Counted from the first letter of the whole stretch, positions 24,001 through 35,540 are shown. The stretch is DNA of 63,394 bases, filler included, from Octopus bimaculoides (GCF_001194135.2; 3 parts of 3 records of this genome joined end to end with filler, not necessarily neighbours in it), one strand, 5' to 3'. Translations and numbers: made by a program. The notes: generated by a model not told the origin, from the letters alone.

Positions 24001-27000
24001 ATTACATCAACCCCAATGCTCAACTTGTCATCCCTGAAAAGATGAAAGCAAAGTTGACCTTGGCAGAATTTGAATTCAGAGCATAAAAATGGCAGAATTT
24101 AAATTCAGAGTGTAAAGCATGCCTGGCATGCTAACAATTTTGCCAACTTACTGCCTCAAATCAGTTGAAAATTAAAATTGATTCTTCCTTTCTTTATCAC
24201 AAGGTATGATAGGACTAGGACCAGTGTTTAGTTCTGGTTACCAATAATACAAGGAAGTTGACAGATAAATCTTTCACTAGATGTGAGGTCTTGTGCAGGA
24301 AACATATTTTTGGGGCTAAAGAGAGAATTGAACTAACACCCCAATTAACTAAACATTCATTAGGTCTGCAACAGAGAATTTGGATCTATTTCAAAACGGG
24401 GGCACCAGTGTTTTCTTAACGAAACACTAACGAAACACTTTGAAACTTGGGACACTGGTAGAATGTGTCATATAAAACATCATTTACTCTTAGTCATCTT
24501 AACAAAAAGACGTACATCGCAAGTTATTCCATGTTAAAGTTGTCGTATTTCTGTAATTTCAACCAATCACTGACGTCTATTCAGCTGAATAGAGTTACTG
24601 CTGGGCGTTCATAAAAATGTTATTCCCTGTGACGTATTTCATCCGGTTTAATCGTAATTTATACGCATATATTGTTTATATAATAAATTACGCTCTGCGT
24701 ATCTATGTGTGTAACAATTTTAGAGTTCGGATTCTAGAGTTAGGGTTAGGGTTAACAGTCTAGTTAGGGTTAGGGTTAGGGGATTAATACGATATACACC
24801 GTTACAGCGCTAACTGTTTTCAACTGAATAGACGTCAGTGATTAGTAGAAATTATAGAAATAAGACAATTTTTTACATGAAATAAATTCGAATACAAAAA
24901 GTTTTTTCTGTTCTATAACACAAAATAAATAAGTATACGAAGTTTGAAAGTCTTTCGGTACCAAAAACACTACATAAAACATAAATGCTGAGAATTTTAC
25001 CTCCCTATGATACCTACTTAGAACTAGGTAAACCTGGTTATTCAGAGTTAAATGTCCTGGTCATATATTCCTTATTACAGCACTTGGGACATGTTGTAAA
25101 CTGCTAAGTATTGAGGGATGACCTAGATAGATAGATAGATAGATAGATAGTATTGCTAACTTGGTCATCTTTAGATCTCTGATTCCATGTTTTGTGATTT
25201 AATCAGTTGAAGAAGAACAGTAGCTGTCTCTTCTTGGTTAGGGCCTTTGAGATTGTAGTGGGGAAACAGAAGAACTTACAACCCTTATGTTGAGAGAACT
25301 GACAACCCTTATATTCAAGTCTGGGAAATGAAGAACAGCAATCCTGAACTTTACAGGTCCTTGGAGATTGTAGCAGAAAAATGGAAGAATGACAGTCATA
25401 AGCTTTTTGGTGAAGTTTTGCAACTGAAACAAGAAAAAGAAGAAACTCTGACCTCTTTGTAGAGTCTTCAAAGCTGTATTGAGGAAATGGAGGGAAAATA
25501 TCTGACCTTTTACAGGGCTTCCAAGAATATCAGGAAAACAAGAAGAAACAATAATCTCTTTATAGAACCTTTGAGACTGTAGCAGGGAAGAAAGTACTGA
25601 GCTTTTTGTTTTAGGATTTTTGAGGCTGTAGAAGGGAAGAAAGAAGAAACTTGTAGCTTATAATTTGACTGGAGACCTGATCTGAATGGTTGCAATGGAA
25701 TGAACTCTGCTAAATGCATCCAGGAAACAGTTGGTAGCAACAGATTGTCTATCATTGAAAAGAACCCTGCACCACCCCAAAAAAAGAAAAAAATCTCAGT
25801 TATAAGCCAATCAACAGGATTCCACAGTTTCTTTCTACTCTATTTTACCCAAAGTTTATGTTGACTCCTTATCTTATTATGAAGACAGTCCAGTGTGGTG
25901 TACAGTAGGATGTAATTCTAGACCATGTTATTGTGAATATCCAAGCTTACAGCTATTCATACATAATACAACAAAAACATATTCACACATAACATACACA
26001 ACACACACGACAGTCCCAAAATATTTTAAAGTATTTATCTGTGCCTTTCTTTTTCATGTTAAATATTTGTAGATCTATTTGTGTGTTTCTCAGCTATGTC
26101 TGTGTGTTTACATAAGTCAGTATGCATGTATTCTTATATAATGCTTTTTATCTCTATTCCTTATTTTCTGCTTATCTATTTGTACATATTTGTGAATACC
26201 TCAGTTTATGTCCTTAGGCCCTTCTTAAAAAATTTTTGAAATGTTTTTAGTTATTGCTGTTTAGTCCTAAAGTTAGTTAGCTATCATCAAAGACTTTTTG
26301 ATTATTTTGAATTTTTTCAAACACAGAATATCTAGGACTACATTTTCTAATGCAGTGTTTCTCAATCCTGAAGGCATGTTAGGGTGATCAGCTTATGATT
26401 ATAAGGTCATGGGTTCAGTTCCTGGAACAGGTGGTACATGTTTTTGATCAGGGTACTCCATTTCAGCATGTTACTGTCTACTGGTACTGTTTTCTCTCTC
26501 CTGTTGTCACATCCTGGGTATGCTGCTGCTGTCATAAGTGAGAGGGCCAAGGGAGTGTGTGTATGTGTGTGTCTGCTTAGGCACCTCAAGCAAGCATGGT
26601 ATTGTACTACTAAGCCACTTCACTTGTGGGGAGCAGCTGGCTAAAGTGCATCATAATCTTTTTGGCTTAGTGGCACACTGGAGATAAAAAAAAATTACTG
26701 GTACACTTAGAAAGTTTAAAAAAGCATAATTAAAAAATTCAGGAAAAAGTATGAAAAATACCTAAAATAAAAACAACTTAAAACCTTGTTTTATGTTATA
26801 CTTATTTATAACAAAATTATGAATGGTAAGGCTTTTAACATGCTCAAGCATGGATTTACTGCAGCCCTGAATTGTATATTTAGAAATCTGCAGAACACTT
26901 AAATACCTCTTGCAATCAGTGCTGCCTCTCGAGCCTGTTAGGCAGTTACCCAGGAGCTCCAAGAGTCGAGTAGCCTAAAGCAGATCTATCTATCATAGCT

Positions 27001-29579
27001 TGATTCAATAAATGCTATAAGCCTTTGTGCATTTTGTTTTTGTCTGGTGGGTTGTGGTAGTGCTATAATGTTCTATAGGTCCACTGATTTGATATATCTT
27101 TTTTTTGAGATGCTAAGGTATTATTTAAGTGACATTTAATCGCTAATTTTAGCAGGTCAAGCCATTGCATTGAAGCTTCTGCATCAGCTAGTGTTAGTCA
27201 TGATTTACTCCAGGTTAGCCGTAACAAAGCAGACATTATGAGACACTCCTTATGTGACTGATCAATCTCTAATGTTTTTCATTTTTTGTTTAAACTACAA
27301 GGGAGTGACATGAGAGATTTGGTTGCTATTTATCAATGGTTGCGTAACAAATTAGAGTCGAAAGAGACTGATCTTATATTTATTGAGCATTTGTAACTTG
27401 GAGCAGAACAAATACCACGAAGGACTTCTGCTCATAGAATAACAGGTTTTTTTTAAAAAAAAGTTTTCTCTCTGCTGCCAACATCCTTCACCAGTGCACA
27501 TCAATGAAGGATCTACACTTGTACATACACACACATGGGCTTCTATGCAGTTTCCATATGTATTGAATTTTACTCACAACTTTACTTTTTCATCTTTTGG
27601 GCTCAATTTTTATCAGTCTATCTAGAGTGATGGTAGAAATGTAATAATGTTGGATGGGTCACTTTGGGATATTTGTTCCAGTTCTTTAGATCAGTGGTTC
27701 CCAAACTTTTTCAGGCTGTTGCCCCCTTGACACTCAGGCCACATTCCTAGCACCTCCATCCCTACTAGCCATCACAAACATAGACCTCTTTCTGAAGCAA
27801 ATTCAAAGTAACTGTATTTCACAAATAAAACTTAACCTAACATAGCCATTATTTTGTTGTTTTTACATGAATTGCTACCCTGTTATCGCCCTACTTCAAC
27901 TTGGAACTCCCCCACCCCCAGGGGGCACATTACTTTGAGAACCACTGCTTTAGATTATGAGTTTAAATTTTGCTGATGCCGAAGCGGATGATAGACTTTA
28001 TCCATTACCCTGTTTAATACGATCAGCAGAGCCCTCTCTGTTGTAAGCATTTGGGCCAAGGCTCTGGTTTGAGGATACCTTCCTTCCTCAACCCAGTTTA
28101 AAGGCCTGGCAAAGGGTCAAGAACACTGCTTTCTCTCTTGACTAAGAAAGGACACTTGACCAAGGTGCTGTGCTGTGTGATTGAACCTGGAACCTCATTG
28201 TTGTGGAGCAAACTTCTTAACCACAAAGCTGTCTGGGCTCCACTAGAATGACTACCTAGAAACTCCCATGCTAACTTGTGTATAGTTATTTTTGAGATTT
28301 GTAAAACATAACCATCTTAATCTTACAAACATGTTCTATAAACACATCAACTAAAATGTAATGGCTAGTCTCACACAAACAGGCACATTATAGGCAATTA
28401 GCTTATATGTTGTTTGATGAGGACTGTCCAAATCCAGTCATTGTGGACCAGCACTCATCAAGAAAGTCACCAAGAATCATTTGTTGCACTGATAGTGCAA
28501 GGAGTGCAATCTTTTTCTGGAGCACAACACAGTTTAAATTATGTCGTTAACACTTCTAGTCATAGAGGAAGATTTTATCAGCAGAACAATATCCTAACAA
28601 GTTTACTAGCTGCAATTTTCCAACAGGCTGCAAAAATCTAAATGAATTCTCAAATAAAATAGCAAATATCTTACATTAGCCACAATAAGTGGAACTTGAG
28701 TCACACTAACTAGTAATTATGAATTAATTACTAAGATATCTAGTATAATGAAATTTAGATCCTTTGACAATAGCTGAACCATATATCTATAATTTCATCT
28801 ATCAGAGCATCTGTCATTCTATCTTCTCAAATTCAAGACATAATTCTATTTAATTTGCTATTTTTTAAACTAATGTTTTATCTCTAAAATGTCAGCCATT
28901 TAGCATTATTATAAGAAAGTAATATTTATTTGTGTGCCATTGTAGTAGTTGTTCATTTTTCCCATCCGCAATTGGTGCTTTTATTACTTAATATTATTAA
29001 CTGATAAGTAGTTGTTAGGAAACTTTGAATTTGTTATTCTGCCACTATTGAAATAAACAGATATAACCACATGCTCTAAAGCGGTTTATAAATAAATAAA
29101 ATAGGGTTGAGGAAACCCTTTAGTCTTGTCATGGATATGACAACCCCTCTAATGCTGGTGTCATGATATATAACAACCAGTACTCTCTGTAAAGTGGTTG
29201 TGTTAGGAAAGACACCTAGCCACAGAAACCAAGCAAACAAAAGAAAAAAAAAACAAGATGTGACCCTCCAATCCATTTAGGAGAGTAGTAATGATTGGTT
29301 CAACCTATGCTAGCATGAATAGAAATGATGATGTTGAAATGAAAAAAATAAATTCTTTGGCGTTATTTTATCGTCATTTTTTCATGCTAATTAGGGGAAA
29401 AAATGTAAAATTCTTCTTCTCGATATTTTCTTCTAGACACTGCCATCAAGTTTGTACCCGTTTCCTGTTGCAAAAATGTTCATGTTAATAAAGCAACTAG
29501 GACGAGGCACTGCCAAGAAACCATTATGGGTCCACCTGCTGTTCGAGAAGGTGCCAAAAATGACTATTTATTTTATCAG
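11266..29579 (+). CDS. Tetraspanin (CD151/TSPAN11-like), spliced, six exons, 3' part missing
   Basis: join(11266-11319,15122-15313,20074-20148,21655-21774,23513-23585,29437-29579) is an open 219-aa frame with all GT-AG introns (phases 0,0,0,0,1). It shows TM1-TM3, ILGC, WD..Q, CCG and PVSCC. Confidence 0.93.
12090..12480. mobile_element. Two adjacent inverted copies of a retroelement-tail/SINE family
   Basis: atggacattaaa / tttaatgtccat and aagggcatcca / tggatgccctt are complementary across a short spacer near 12285. Confidence 0.7.
13154..13530. repeat. About 31-bp minisatellite, decaying towards the 3' side
   Basis: agataacctattatcagctctatttc(c/t)tc(a/t)g occurs three times near-exactly, followed by degenerate units. 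Confidence 0.8.
13738..14115 (-). mobile_element. SINE family 1 copy
   Basis: Colinear with 10111-10503. Confidence 0.85.
15122..15313 (+). CDS. Tetraspanin coding exon 2 (IAGLVTFAIGVW...SILGCVTSWREMRFGVLS)
   Basis: 192 nt between acag| and |gtaagt; end of TM1, EC1, TM2 and the LGC motif. Confidence 0.95.
16560..17110 (-). mobile_element. Penelope-like element fragment (GIY-YIG endonuclease)
   Basis: ORF 16795-17136: DCMYSIPCNCGRLYKGKT...RIEEHHKAV...SGIADHVW...WDEVKIIDRE. Confidence 0.88.
18310..18620 (+). mobile_element. Retroelement-tail/SINE copy with a tandemly repeated tail
   Basis: gctggatgccctttctaacatcaacca followed by repeated ggtgctttt(t/c)atgtggac units. Confidence 0.65.
19180..19760 (+). 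mobile_element. Cluster of three to four partial SINE family 2 copies
   Basis: Repeated actttgcct...atcct...aataagtaccagtcaagtactggggtc/gttgatgtaatc motifs. Confidence 0.75.
19796..19822 (-). mobile_element. Helitron-type 3' terminus
   Basis: On the minus strand, a ccgtgaa-gtt-ttcacgg hairpin (19806-19822), then CTAG (19796-19799) and T. Confidence 0.55.
20074..20148 (+). CDS. Tetraspanin coding exon 3, TM3 (YFIILLFIFVFLVIASILAVVFRGE)
   Basis: 75 nt between ttttccatttcag| and |gtaaga. Confidence 0.92.
21655..21774 (+). CDS. Tetraspanin coding exon 4, EC2 helices (LEDVMSKSMGDTLIKQYG...VTKSWDLTQER)
   Basis: 120 nt between ttttttag| and |gtaagt; YG and WD..Q motifs. Confidence 0.94.
22400..22765 (+). 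mobile_element. RTE-type LINE ORF C-terminal remnant
   Basis: ELVSGK..., CWEIIAID, and FKCSACNGICLFKAGFVNH (CxxC...H zinc finger). Confidence 0.7.
23513..23585 (+). CDS. Tetraspanin coding exon 5 (LECCGVDSKGWEIYRDSHWYRNQP)
   Basis: 73 nt between tctttcttcag| and |gtaagt; CCG signature. Confidence 0.95.
23957..24160 (-). mobile_element. SINE family 2 copy, inverted relative to the upstream copies
   Basis: Reverse complement of the 7919-8130 consensus. Confidence 0.8.
24405..24973. mobile_element. Non-autonomous TIR element with nested inverted repeats and a (TTAGGG)n core
   Basis: Imperfect termini agtgtttt...cgaaa / tttcg...aaaacact; inner arms 24565-24589 and 24819-24843 match at 24/25; ttaggg repeats at about 24740-24781. 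Confidence 0.7.
27692..27947. mobile_element. hAT (Charlie-like) MITE
   Basis: cagtggttcccaaac...tttgagaaccactg termini; perfect 8-bp TSD ctttagat at 27684-27691 and 27948-27955. Confidence 0.92.
29437..29579 (+). CDS. Tetraspanin coding exon 6 (NTAIKFVPVSCCKNV...HCQETIMGPP...DYLFYQ)
   Basis: 143 nt between ttttcttctag| and |gtaaac; its phase-1 start matches exon 5; PxSCC motif. Confidence 0.94.
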
Positions 29580-29873
29580 GTAAACTTTCCTTAATTATTT
29601 TTTCATGTTTTTTTTTTCTTTAAAAATATTTCAACTGTAAAAAAAGATTAGAAATATGTTTTAATTTTTCAAAATTTAATCATTAAAAAAAAATCTAATT
29701 GCTGAAACAAAAACCAGTTTTACATTTTTAAAAATTCTGTTAGTGTCATCCCAAAATGTGTTCCTGATCTAGCACACAAGGAGCTATCTTTCTCAAAACT
29801 ATTAGCTAGACTATCTTACCTATAATATATCTTATATGGACTATTGGCTAGTGATGTGTCCTAATGAAGAATA

Positions 29874-31117
29874 TAAGGTAGCGTCAAAAAGTTCCTGGAC
29901 TAGTTGTGTTTAATAAAAAATAATTTACGATATTTATCTAAGTTTTAATATCATCTCCTTTGAAATAGTCACTCTGTACAGCAATGCACTAGTCCCAGAA
30001 TTCCCACCACTTTTGGAATCTGGCCTGGAAGTAGTATTCCCTAAGTGAGTTGAGGACCTTCTGCGATTCACTCTTGATCTCATCAATAGTGTTAAAATGG
30101 TGACCCTTGAGCTGCATTTTCGTCTTGGGGAAGAAATGAAAGTCCGCACATGCTAAATCTAGCAAATAGGGCAGGTGCGGGAGTGATACCATGTTGTTTT
30201 GGGGGAAGAAACTTATGAATGGGGAGAGTTTGGTGACAGGGTACATTGTCATCATGAAGAATCCAATTCTTTGCACTCCACAGATCCGGTCACTTTTGCT
30301 AAATGTTCACCCTCTTCCACTTTTGGAATCTGGCCTGAACGTTGTATTCTGTAAGCAAGTTGAGGATCTGCGATTTGCTCTGGATTTCAACATTTGTGTT
30401 AAAGTGGTGACCTTTGAGCTGCATTTTCATTTTGTGGAAGAGATGGCAGTCCACAGGTTCTAAATCTGGCAAATAGCGCAGGTGCAGAAGTGATAGCATG
30501 TAGTTTTTGGCCTGAAACTCACGAGTGAGGAGAGCTCAGTGACAGGGTGCATTGTCATTGTGAAGAATCTAATTCTTCATGCCCCACAGATACTATCACT
30601 TTTACCGAATGTCCTCCCTCAAACAGACGTTGCAGTAGAACTCTCGATTGACGGTCTGGCCATGGGGGACAAATTCTCGATTGACGGTCTGGCCATGGGG
30701 GACAAATTCTTGATTGACGGTCTGGCTCAATGCAAAATATGGCAGATGTCAAAAATACCTCCAGGGACGTTCTTCTGCTTTTGAAGCGTCCATGCTACTC
30801 AAAACATTACATATGACACATTGCCTTGTCACCATAAGCTTGCCGAAGCATGCTTAATGTCTCTGTAGCAGACTTTCAAAGTTAAACGCAAAGTTTCACA
30901 TTAGCTTTTTGTTCCTGTCCATGACAAAAATTGCAGACTACAGCATACACGTAATCACAAAAGTGCAAATTGCACCACTTGTGAAGTAAACACAGCAATG
31001 TGACTTGGTACACTGGCTCATGAAGGTCACAATTAGTTCTCACTGTGCATGCAACTGTATGCTGCCATCTGTTGGCATGCTACAGAACTAGTCTGGGAAC
31101 TTTTTGATACTACCTCG
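29874..31117 (-). mobile_element. Decayed, internally rearranged mariner element
   Basis: Imperfect TIRs (aggtagcgtcaaaaagttcctggactagt / actagtctgggaactttttgatactacct) with TA flanks; two tandem copies of the transposase C-terminus (HLPYLLDLACADFHFFPK and HLRYLPDLEPVDCHLFHK). Confidence 0.85.
30643..30726. repeat. 33-bp tandem repeat (about 2.5 copies) inside the mariner
   Basis: Unit ctcgattgacggtctggccatgggggacaaatt. Confidence 0.9.
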
Positions 31118-31514
31118 TATAGTAAATGTTTCCCATATCTAATGTAAGGAGTTGGAAAACTTTGATCAAATGAGTTTTAAAGTAATAAACAAATTTTTTC
31201 GGAGAGTGAGGAGTAATTAAAATCTAAATGCAAGTAAGGGAGATAACTTGAGTATGAACTTTGGCATAATATAAATAGATGTATGTGTGGCTGCATACTT
31301 AGGTATGAAGCTTGCTTCCCAACCATGTGGTGTCTGTTTTAGTTCTTACTGTGCTGCACTTAGGGTAAGTGCATTCTGCTATATCCTTGGGCCAACCAAA
31401 TAGCCCTGTCTGTGGATTTGGTTGATAGAAACTGAAAGAAGCTCATTGTGTGTGCTTGTCTGTCTGTACCCTTGTCTCGATACCATGTGATGATTATAAA
31501 TGAGCATTGCTATC

Positions 31515-31779
31515 TGTTATATGGACTGTTAGATATGTAATTCGTCTGACGTTCCGTGTGTCATGTGGTTCGTCTGAGTTCATTGTTTCATTGTTGTTGT
31601 CTTGTGGGACTGTCGTAGTAAAATGTCATTGATATATATATGGCGGACATGACTTTTGTTTATTCATAACGAACATTGGGTGAGTGCGTTCTTTGTATGT
31701 AATTGAACAATAAATGTAATAATTAAATTGTATAACTCGTTATGTTATCTCTGCGAGTCAGTCCGAGGGAAACATAACA
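31515..31779. mobile_element. Solo LTR (265 bp) inserted into a SINE
   Basis: TGTTAT...ATAACA termini; 5-bp TSD ctatc at 31510-31514 and 31780-31784; internal tatatata and aataaa. Confidence 0.85.
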
Positions 31780-31784
31780 CTATC

Positions 31785-31884
31785 NNNNNNNNNNNNNNNN
31801 NNNNNNNNNNNNNNNNNNNNNNNNNNNNTTAATTAATTAANNNNNNNNNNNNNNNNNNNNNNNNNNNNNNNNNNNNNNNNNNNN
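31785..31884. other. Artificial scaffold-join spacer (N44-TTAATTAATTAA-N44)
   Basis: Exactly 100 bp; the 12-mer is self-complementary with TAA in all six frames; identical spacer at 58257-58356. Confidence 0.95.
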
Positions 31885-31945
<61 letters not shown>

Positions 31946-33155
31946 TATATATATACATATATTTATATAGATATATGTATCTGTACAGGCACATGCACTC
32001 ACATTGCACGTATGGATCCATCCATCCGCCCATGAAACAAACATACATGTACTGTAGATGTACTGTAGGTAACATGTCTAATATAATCCTTAACGAAAGT
32101 ATAACTCTACAGACGCTTGGCTGTGAGGGGGGAGAAGCTGACTGACACAGCACTCATTACAATATTATTAACATCATATTAACAGGAGACTTAATTTGCC
32201 ACCCCAGGAGGGATGGAAAGTAGAGCTGACTTTTACCGAGAAGTGATAGCAAAACATTGAATACAAATCGAATGAAGTATCATCAACTGTTTTGTTTAAC
32301 TGTGTTTGCTGCAGTTTATAGTGTAACAAGAGGGGCTTCCACTAACGTCCTTTCAAAGTAAGTGTCTATAGACACACACATACAGTTACGTCTATACATA
32401 AATGCATACATATATATAATATATATTATATATATATATATATATNNNNNNNNNNNNNNNNNNNNNNNNNNNNNNNNNNNNNNNNNNNNNNNNNNNNNNN
32501 NNNNNNNNNNNNNNNNNNNNNNNNNNNNNNNNNNNNNNNNNNNNNNNNNNNNNNNNNNNNNNNNNNNNNNNNNNNNNNNNNNNNNNNNNNNNNNNNNNNN
32601 NNNNNNNNNNNNNNNNNNNNNNNNNNNNNNNNNNNNNNNNNNNNNNNNNNNNNNNNNNNNNNNNNNNNNNNNNNNNNNNNNNNNNNNNNNNNNNNNNNNN
32701 NNNNNNNNNNNNNNNNNNNNNNNNNNNNNNNNNNNNNNNNNNNNNNNNNNNNNNNNNNNNNNNNNNNNNNNNNNNNNNNNNNNNNNNNNNNNNNNNNNNN
32801 NNNNNNNNNNNNNNNNNNNNNNNNNNNNNNNNNNNNNNNNNNNNNNNNNNNNNNNNNNNNNNNNNNNNNNNNNNNNNNNNNNNNNNNNNNNNNNNNNNNN
32901 NNNNNNNNNNNNNNNNNNNNNNNNNNNNNNNNNNNNNNNNNNNNNNNNNNNNNNNNNNNNNNNNNNNNNNNNNNNNNNNNNNNNNNNNNNNNNNNNNNNN
33001 NNNNNNNNNNNNNNNNNNNNNNNNNNNNNNNNNNNNNNNNNNNNNNNNNNNNNNNNNNNNNNNNNNNNNNNNNNNNNNNNNNNNNNNNNNNNNNNNNNNN
33101 NNNNNNNNNNNNNNNNNNNNNNNNNNNNNNNNNNNNNNATATATATATATATATA

Positions 33156-33425
33156 AGGGCATTACTATACAATAACGCCTCACGCCATGAGGGACTCTAA
33201 GGTCAGACTACTATAAAAAGCACATTTTTACCATATTATACTGACGAGTAGAAGTTGTATAATACTACAATAACTACGAAATCATGATCTATAATTTAGT
33301 TCATTTTTTTAAGGGGTTGGCTTTGAGAGTTGCATTTCCTCGCATTCGGTAAAGATGAGTTTTTTTATAGTAGTCTGACCTTAGAGTCCCTCATGGCGTG
33401 AGGCGTTATTGTATAGTAATGGCCT
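33156..33425. mobile_element. MITE with 64-bp TIRs in a (TA)n tract
   Basis: agggcattactatacaataacgcctcacgccatgagggactctaaggtcagactactataaaaa versus its reverse complement, one mismatch; TA flanks. Confidence 0.9.
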
Positions 33426-34664
33426 TATATAAATATAAATATATATCTCGGTAATAAATGATGGATTTTTTCCCTTATGAGGTTTTTTTCACGCTAACTA
33501 CTTGATAAATTCTTGTAAAAGAATTTGTCCTATTATTGAGTTTATATATGTATATATATATACACACACTCACACATACACATACTCACACTTATATTAT
33601 ACCTACTATTGAACATGTAGCTGAGTGTGCACAAGGAAGTAATGTACTTGATGTGTGAAGCAGAGCTGATTCGTTCGCACTCTTTCAACTTGATTTGTCT
33701 CCCTTTGTAGCATAACCTGAACGAAAGCACACAAGCACAAGCAAAAGACCCAGAGCAGCAATAAAGTGGACCGGCTAATTTTGAAAGGGCACATACACAC
33801 ACACATACATATCTACATACGTACACATATATACATATATATATAAATATATATGTATATATATGTATATATANNNNNNNNNNNNNNNNNNNNNNNNNNN
33901 NNNNNNNNNNNNNNNNNNNNNNNNNNNNNNNNNNNNNNNNNNNNNNNNNNNNNNNNNNNNNNNNNNNNNNNNNNNNNNNNNNNNNNNNNNNNNNNNNNNN
34001 NNNNNNNNNNNNNNNNNNNNNNNNNNNNNNNNNNNNNNNNNNNNNNNNNNNNNNNNNNNNNNNNNNNNNNNNNNNNNNNNNNNNNNNNNNNNNNNNNNNN
34101 NNNNNNNNNNNNNNNNNNNNNNNNNNNNNNNNNNNNNNNNNNNNNNNNNNNNNNNNNNNNNNNNNNNNNNNNNNNNNNNNNNNNNNNNNNNNNNNNNNNN
34201 NNNNNNNNNNNNNNNNNNNNNNNNNNNNNNNNNNNNNNNNNNNNNNNNNNNNNNNNNNNNNNNNNNNNNNNNNNNNNNNNNNNNNNNNNNNNNNNNNNNN
34301 NNNNNNNNNNNNNNNNNNNNNNNNNNNNNNNNNNNNNNNNNNNNNNNNNNNNNNNNNNNNNNNNNNNNNNNNNNNNNNNNNNNNNNNNNNNNNNNNNNNN
34401 NNNNNNNNNNNNNNNNNNNNNNNNNNNNNNNNNNNNNNNNNNNNNNNNNNNNNNNNNNNNNNNNNNNNNNNNNNNNNNNNNNNNNNNNNNNNNNNNNNNN
34501 NNNNNNNNNNNNNNNNNNNNNNNNNNNNNNNNNNNNNNNNNNNNNNNNNNNNNNNNNNNNNNNNNNNNNNNNNNNNNNNNNNNNNNNNNNNNNNNNNNNN
34601 NNNNNNNNNNNNNNNNNNNNNNNNNNNNNNNNNNNNNNNNNNNNNNNNNNNNNNNNNNNNNNNN

Positions 34665-34707
<43 letters not shown>

Positions 34708-35473
34708 ATGATGATAGTTATGTATGCATTATATGAACAATATATCTGGGAGGCAAATGTAATGTGTGTACACAGAACTACAGAACTACCACTTAACATT
34801 CTAGAATTTTTCCTCACGCTTTCTAACTTGTAAACCATCTTTACTGCATCAAGTATTAGCAAAGGATCCTCGTTAACCAAAATATACGATAAGGATTAAC
34901 AAACGGGATGGGGGTGAGAGTTTTAAAACAACCCGCATTTTACCAGGGCATCTGCATGTTTATACATACATATATACATATAAATATATATGTATATATA
35001 TGTAAACATTTGTTTTTCCTCATTTTCATTTCTCTGATGTGCTTTGTGTTTTCTGATGAGGTTTTTGTTTTTTTTGTGGTTAAGAAAACTCTCTTTTTAG
35101 AAGAGGGATCATGTCAAAAGCTTGTCATTTTTGTTTCACTTTGCTCAACATCGGCATGGCTATGTATATAGCATTTTTGTTATTATCCTTAATGTTGCTG
35201 TCGTTGTTGTTGTTGTTTTTTTTTAGGATAATTTTTTTTTTGGAGTATGATAAATAACTATTCTCATTATCATTGATGGCAAATTATAGTTAGTCAAGGC
35301 AAGGCATCTCTCCTTGAGCATCTTTCGAAGCAGCATTCCAAGTTGTCAAAAATGGCTAGCTGGAAAGAAGAGAGAAAGAAGAAAAACATCTAAAAACCAT
35401 TCTTCCTACAAAGGGCATGTCTTATATATATAATACATACATACATACATATATATATGTATATATATGTATA

Positions 35474-35540
<67 letters not shown>

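Noticed and set aside
35101-35230. Hydrophobic + strand frames after ctttttag as the missing tetraspanin TM4 exon
   Set aside because: No phase-0 GC start, and the hydrophobicity comes from a (GTT)n/T-rich tract.
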